NCBI GenBank assembly: GCA_004431415.1
Contig: QPMI01000058.1
Coordinates: 310,001-374,000, forward strand
DNA from: Cyanophora paradoxa CCMP329
Lineage: Eukaryota; Plantae; Glaucophyta
Length of the DNA stretch: 64,000 bases
Direction: 5' to 3'
The notes below the pieces were generated by a model that had not been told where the DNA came from, did no database searches, and saw only the letters and a program-made list of their open reading frames with translations. A program made the position numbers and the translations under genes. Below, piece after piece: positions 58,938-64,000 of this stretch; the stretch's first letter is position 1, and every line of letters starts with the position of its first letter.

Positions 58938-61549
58938 ATCTCGCGCCGACATCGAACACGTTAAGTACATCCTCGAAAACCCGGACGCGCCCGAGCCCAG
59001 CGGCAGCCCAGAGCATGTGAAGCGGGTGAAGAATTGGCGCGAGTTCATGAGGGGGAAGTACACGCTGCGCGAGGTTCCAGATCCGACAGACAACCTGACA
59101 GCGGAGGAGCTCGCCATGCCCAACCCGCGGCCAAGGCGCAAGCTTCGGCTGGTGGTGGAGAAGCAGGTTGACAACCGCTTGAAGCGAGGAAATTCGGGCG
59201 ACGCCCCCCACTGGGCAGGGAGCTGGTGTGTGACGAGGACATTTTCATCTGCATCCAGGTGCGATCGCGGTACAACGCAATTCTCTGCGCACGCGCAACG
59301 CATCTTCAACGCAAGCGTTGGGTTGCTAGCGTTGGACATTCTCAACACATGCGTTGACCATGCGTTGAACAGAATACATTTTAATTTTTATGTCCACTGC
59401 ATTGCACTGTTTGTGACGCGGTCATGATCGTGCGCAGCGCGAACACCTTGAGAGCGGGCACAAAGGTGGCACCGGTGTATACAACAATGCGAAGCAAAGG
59501 TACGCGATTCCTCGCTACCTGGTCCGCATCTACGTCAAGATTTGGTGAGTTTTCTGTCCACCGACAAACCAATCGTGACTAAGACTCACCTGCGGTCGTG
59601 GGATGGGCTGCAGTCCAGTCTGCAAGCTCAAGAACAAGAGGAGGCAGCCCGACGGGATCCTCCATCCAATCAAGGTGATTGGTTTCTGGGATCGGGCAAT
59701 TGTCAACTTCTTTGAGATGCCCAAGGCATGGGGCCCCTGCCCCCGCATGGTGAGATGTTGTTATTGATGCGCCTGGCCGCGTGTTAAAATTTACCTGGGA
59801 GTTGCAGGAGTGGCTGCCGGGTGGAAGTGGAATGAGAGCTCAGGCGAGCTCGAGAGGGTCTGGTACTGGGAGCAAGCAGTGCACGTGTGCCGGTACGAGA
59901 AGAAAATCCCGGATCCCGAATTTCCGGGCTGCTACAAGACGGACTTTGTCACGGACGTCATTCCGCGATTCTGGGCATTTGTCCTGGCCATAAAGGTCAG
60001 TTTTCGGCACGGTCATGCGCAGATTTCTGCATCCGGTAACGAACAACGGCGAACGCAGGACCACTACACTCGTTTCCTCATCTTGGAGGCTTGCGAATCA
60101 AAGTGCGCAGGCGAAGTTGCTGATCGTCTTCGCGAGAAATTTGCCTACTTCGGCGCATGCACAATCCTGTCCTGCGACAACGGATCGGAGTTCAAGAATG
60201 ATGTGAAATTCCCCGATATCTCTTGTAAACTTCAATATTAATTATGTTAACGGAGTATGGCAGATCATGAAGGTCCTTATGGCGGCCTACCCGAACTCGT
60301 CCATCGCCTACGGGAAACCGTACACTCCAGAGCACCAGGGCTCTGTGGAGCGTGCGAACAGGGACTCGAAGCCGACGCTCGCGGCTATTTGCTACGAACG
60401 CCGGAACCAGAATGCGGAGGACTGGGCGAACTGGGCCCTAGCCATTCCCGATGTATTTAAAATCCTTTCCATACCCCATTTGAAAATTCCAAGTGCACTG
60501 ATCGATGCTGGATTCTCAGGCAATGGAGTCCCACAACAGCATGAAGTTCGCGAACGGCACAAGATGACACCCATCGAGGCCATGACCGGGCGCAGACCTT
60601 CACGAAGGCCTTTGGGAATTGAGCCACCGTCGGATCCGACAAGGCCGTACACCGAGAAGGACATTGAGGACCTCCTCGGAGTGCGCAACGGAATGTCTGC
60701 GCATCCCAACGCATGCGTTGGTAATTGTGTTGTCAGGTTGCAAACATGGAGGAAGTGAACAGAGTGTGCGATGACATGGCGAAGTACGAAGAAGATATCG
60801 CCAACGCTCTTCTGCAGAGGGCGGAGAGCCCGCTCTTGAAGGATATCCCGGTGTTCTACGTAGTAAGTGCCGTCAATTCATTGCAAATTTTGTCGCACTC
60901 TCATCCAACGCATTCTCAACGCATGCGTTGGACAGATCGATCAGTTTGTGCGTGCATTCGGGAATGTCCAGGCATGCGCACGGCTTGCCGTGTACAGAGA
61001 CCAGATGAAGGCGTGCGCGGAGAAGCAGGGAGCAGGTCCTGTTATCTACAGTATCGGGATCGTGTGGCCGTCCTTGTCAAACAGCTCGGCATGCACGTCC
61101 TCCTACAAGCAAGGGTACCTGGGATCGTCACAGAAGTGGTGGACGTCCCGCATGGCCTCTACACGATCAGGACGATGGCGGGTTTCATTGACACTCCCAT
61201 TCAGGGAGCACAATTGATCAACATGAACCTCGTGGGCGGTACGTGCAGGGTAGTCCCATTTGCACGAATGTTGCACACTCATCAAAAAACTGGTGCAGGT
61301 ATGCAGACAATCTGGAAGACAATTGAGGAGAACCGTGCGAACAACATAATGAACGGCACCGTTCCTCTCATGACAGCATTCAAGAGCTTCTGTGGCCAGG
61401 CCCCGGTCTCGACGTGGACCCGTGCAAGTGCAGGATGGCTGCCCTCAGCGTGTCGTGCGTTTTGCGGGCGCCGCCCCCGCACTTCTGCATCCGCGAGAGA
61501 GCGTGAGCTCGAAATATAAACTTAAATTCTAGCTCGATGTCATAACTGA
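58938..61549 (+). pseudogene. Remainder of the host Ginger-like integrase gene interrupted by B and C
   Basis: Resumes at the position equivalent to 10522/19421; near-identical to copy 2. Confidence 0.85.
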
Positions 61550-63048
61550 AATTAAGGGACGGCACCTTCAGAAACAGCCAGGCTCGTGGGCATGTCTCCG
61601 GAGTGTACTCCCCCCCCGATCCCTCGATCGGCTCGTCCCACAGTAGCCGCACGACGTCCCGTGCCGTGTTGCAGTCCCCAGTGCCGCGCTTGCCATCCGT
61701 GTCCTCCTTCAGGTAGTTCGCGCCTGTCGCCGCCCTCTTCTTTGCTCGAGGTTCACCTGCAGAGGCGAGCACAGCTCCGACGGATGTCTGGACCTGCAAG
61801 CGCAACACCTCCACGAGCGAACTCAGCTGCGCCGAGTCCGACGAAGTCGCCGCCTGAACCGGCTGGGGCGCCGGCGCTGCAGCTGCGTGCTGCGCCTTGC
61901 CGCGCTTCATGAGCTTCACAAGTTCGGGGTCGGTGTTGCTGTCGCCGTCCTCGTGCGCTGGCTGCATGTCCCGCCGCACGACGTAGAAGAAACATCCGGG
62001 ACTGAGCTTCGGCAGCCTCGGGGCCGGGGAGGGCGGAGGCGGCGAGCTCCTCGCGGAGGCGCGCCTCCTCCTGCAGCAGCTCCCGGTCCGTCTCCAGCTC
62101 CTCCACCTGGCCCCGCCCCCCGTCAGACCGCGGCCCGCCCCGCCCCGCCTGTCCCCTCGGGGTTCGGAGCGGGAGCCGAGCTCTAGAGCCGCTGGGCCGA
62201 ACGAGGCTCGACCCGGGGGCGCCGAGCCTCGGCACTCGAATCCTCTGGCCTTGGGCGGCGCCCCGCCCCGCCCCGCCCGTGCCCGCCCGGCTCCTCCGGC
62301 CTCGGGTGACGCGCCTTGAGCTTGAGGGCCTCGAGCTCCTGGAGCAGCGCCTCGGCCTTCTCCTCCGCCAGCTCCTTCTCCACCGCCGCCCCTTCCGCCA
62401 CCTGCGTCCAGCCCAACGCCTCAGCGCTCTGCTTCACGCGGTTTCCATTGCTTCGGAGAGGGGCCGCGGGGGGGGGGGAGGGGGGGGGGGGTTGCGCCTA
62501 GAGCGAGAAGCTACGCTTAGAGATGCGCGGCTGCCTCGCGGGCCCGACTCGAGAACTCGAGGAATCGTGAGCTTGCTAGCGGGGCGCACTCCTGGGCCTC
62601 GGCGAGGGCCCGGCGGGCCTCGGCGAGCTGAGCCTCGACGTCGCGCGCCGACGAGTCCCTCGCGCGCCGCTCCCCCGCCGCCGCCTCGAACCGCGCCGCC
62701 GCCTCTGCCCGATGCACGGGCACGTGGGCGGGGCGGGGTGGGGTTGGGTTGGGGAGGGTTTTTTTTGGGGGGGGGTTGGGGGGGGGAGAATCGCGAACCC
62801 TGGAGGCGCCGTTCGAGCTCGGCGGTCTTCTCGCGCGCGGCCGCCGCCGCCGCCTCCGACTCTGCGCGCAAACGGGGCCGCGTGAGGGGCGGAGAGGGCA
62901 GCGGACGCGCGGGGATTCGAACCGGCGATCTGGACGGCGAACTGGACGGAGGGGCGCGAGGGGCACGGGGTACTCGTCTGGAAGAAAGGGAAGGGGGCAG
63001 TACGGGCCTTGACGGGGGAGCCCGCGAGCTCGACGGCGTGTGCAGCAT
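61550..63048 (-). CDS. Possible intron-containing coiled-coil protein gene convergent on the integrase gene
   Basis: Exon-like fragments EELETDRELLQEEARLREEL, EKELAEEKAEALLQELEALK and VEAQLAEARRALAEAQ separated by low-complexity GC tracts. Gene structure not resolved. Confidence 0.35.
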
Positions 63049-63144
63049 GTGCAGTATAAACGGCCTGCGCGACCCTCATGAGACATGGGAACGATGATTT
63101 AGCGATGTCTTCTAATCGCCCTCTCCCGGCTGCTGAACCTTATA

Positions 63145-64000
63145 GGACCGTCTCATAAACCTAGCTCTCCCAGCTAAGAATTAGCTCGCGTCACATCCGA
63201 GTTAGCATCCTATTGTTAAGTTAGCCGGACGCGGCAACGCGGCGCTAAATCTCATTGGACGGGCTTAAAACTTAAGAGGGAGCTCGGGTTCTAGTCTGGC
63301 CAAGGCGTTTTGGCGCCAGAGCCTCTGGTACGTTGAGAACATCGATTCCGAGAGATCTCGCGAGCTAGATGTCATATACTAGTGTCTATGGAGGCGCTAG
63401 AGCATGCGCGGAGCCTGCGCGCGCGCTGTGCGGCGAGCGCCGTTTCCATGGCGCGCGACGCGGCTGCGGCGACTTCGCCCCCCGTCGTTTCTCCCCCCGT
63501 GATTCGCCCCCCGTCTTCGTTCGCCCCGCTTGCGCAGTCGTCGCTGTACCCCCCCAGTCCGCAGCGAGCATACAGCGCCGAACATGGATGATCGACAATG
63601 TATGTTCGCTGCAGCACGCGATTTTCAGGGCGGCTCGCTTCGCAGGCTACCGGCGCACTATCCTGCAAGCTTTCTAGCGCTAAACAAGCGGTCAGGCAGG
63701 CGCCTGAAGGCACCAAAGCGAATTTGATCTACGCTAGTGGAGGCACAGCATGCAGAAATCGAAAGCGACGGCGCCGCCGGGCGCGCGGCGCTAGCGCTGC
63801 GCATGCAGCCGCATCGCGCGCGCCTACCACTGCCCTACAACTGCCTTGAAAGGCATCTGACAGCAATCGAAAAACGAGCGCAAAGACTCAATCTCCGGGC
63901 TAACAGGCTAAACACTGCACAGCTACTGGAAACTGTGAAATCTGCGTATTGATATCGGACGAGTGCAGGCGCCTGCATGCGCAACGGCCATTGCTGCACA
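63145..64000 (+). mobile_element. Left end of the GGACC-TIR element plus segment X (runs off the window)
   Basis: Matches 12803..13658. Confidence 0.5.

Overview
Eukaryotic (probably protist) genomic DNA. Three different AT-rich endogenous Polinton-like viruses (PLV/Maverick-type) are embedded in a GC-rich tandem array of a host mobile unit that carries an intron-containing Ginger/KRBA2-like rve integrase gene. Element A (<1..9881, left end outside the window) encodes a packaging ATPase, a major and a minor capsid protein, a divergent PolB-SF1 helicase-HNH fusion and an rve integrase. Element B (26246..36806, complete, 10.56 kb, about 0.5 kb TIRs) encodes pPolB, integrase, AT-hook, AP2-like protein, ATPase, MCP and penton. 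Element C (36807..58937, left TIR truncated by B) encodes pPolB, integrase, ATPase, a divergent MCP, two penton-like genes, a patatin-discoidin fusion, a roughly 2000-aa fibre with an S74 chaperone domain, and two paralogous fibre-like genes. Main observations: (i) all three viruses break the host unit within the same ~640 bp at the 5' end of its integrase gene; (ii) B is a mosaic with an A-type capsid module and a C-type replication/integration module and TIR iterons; (iii) all three viral integrases have a D-D(38)-D triad; (iv) the B/C junction looks like an adjacent deletion; (v) B and C share a structured intergenic motif. Most frameshifts in A and C look like single-base homopolymer sequencing errors. 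All family assignments come from motif recognition by eye; no database search was run.
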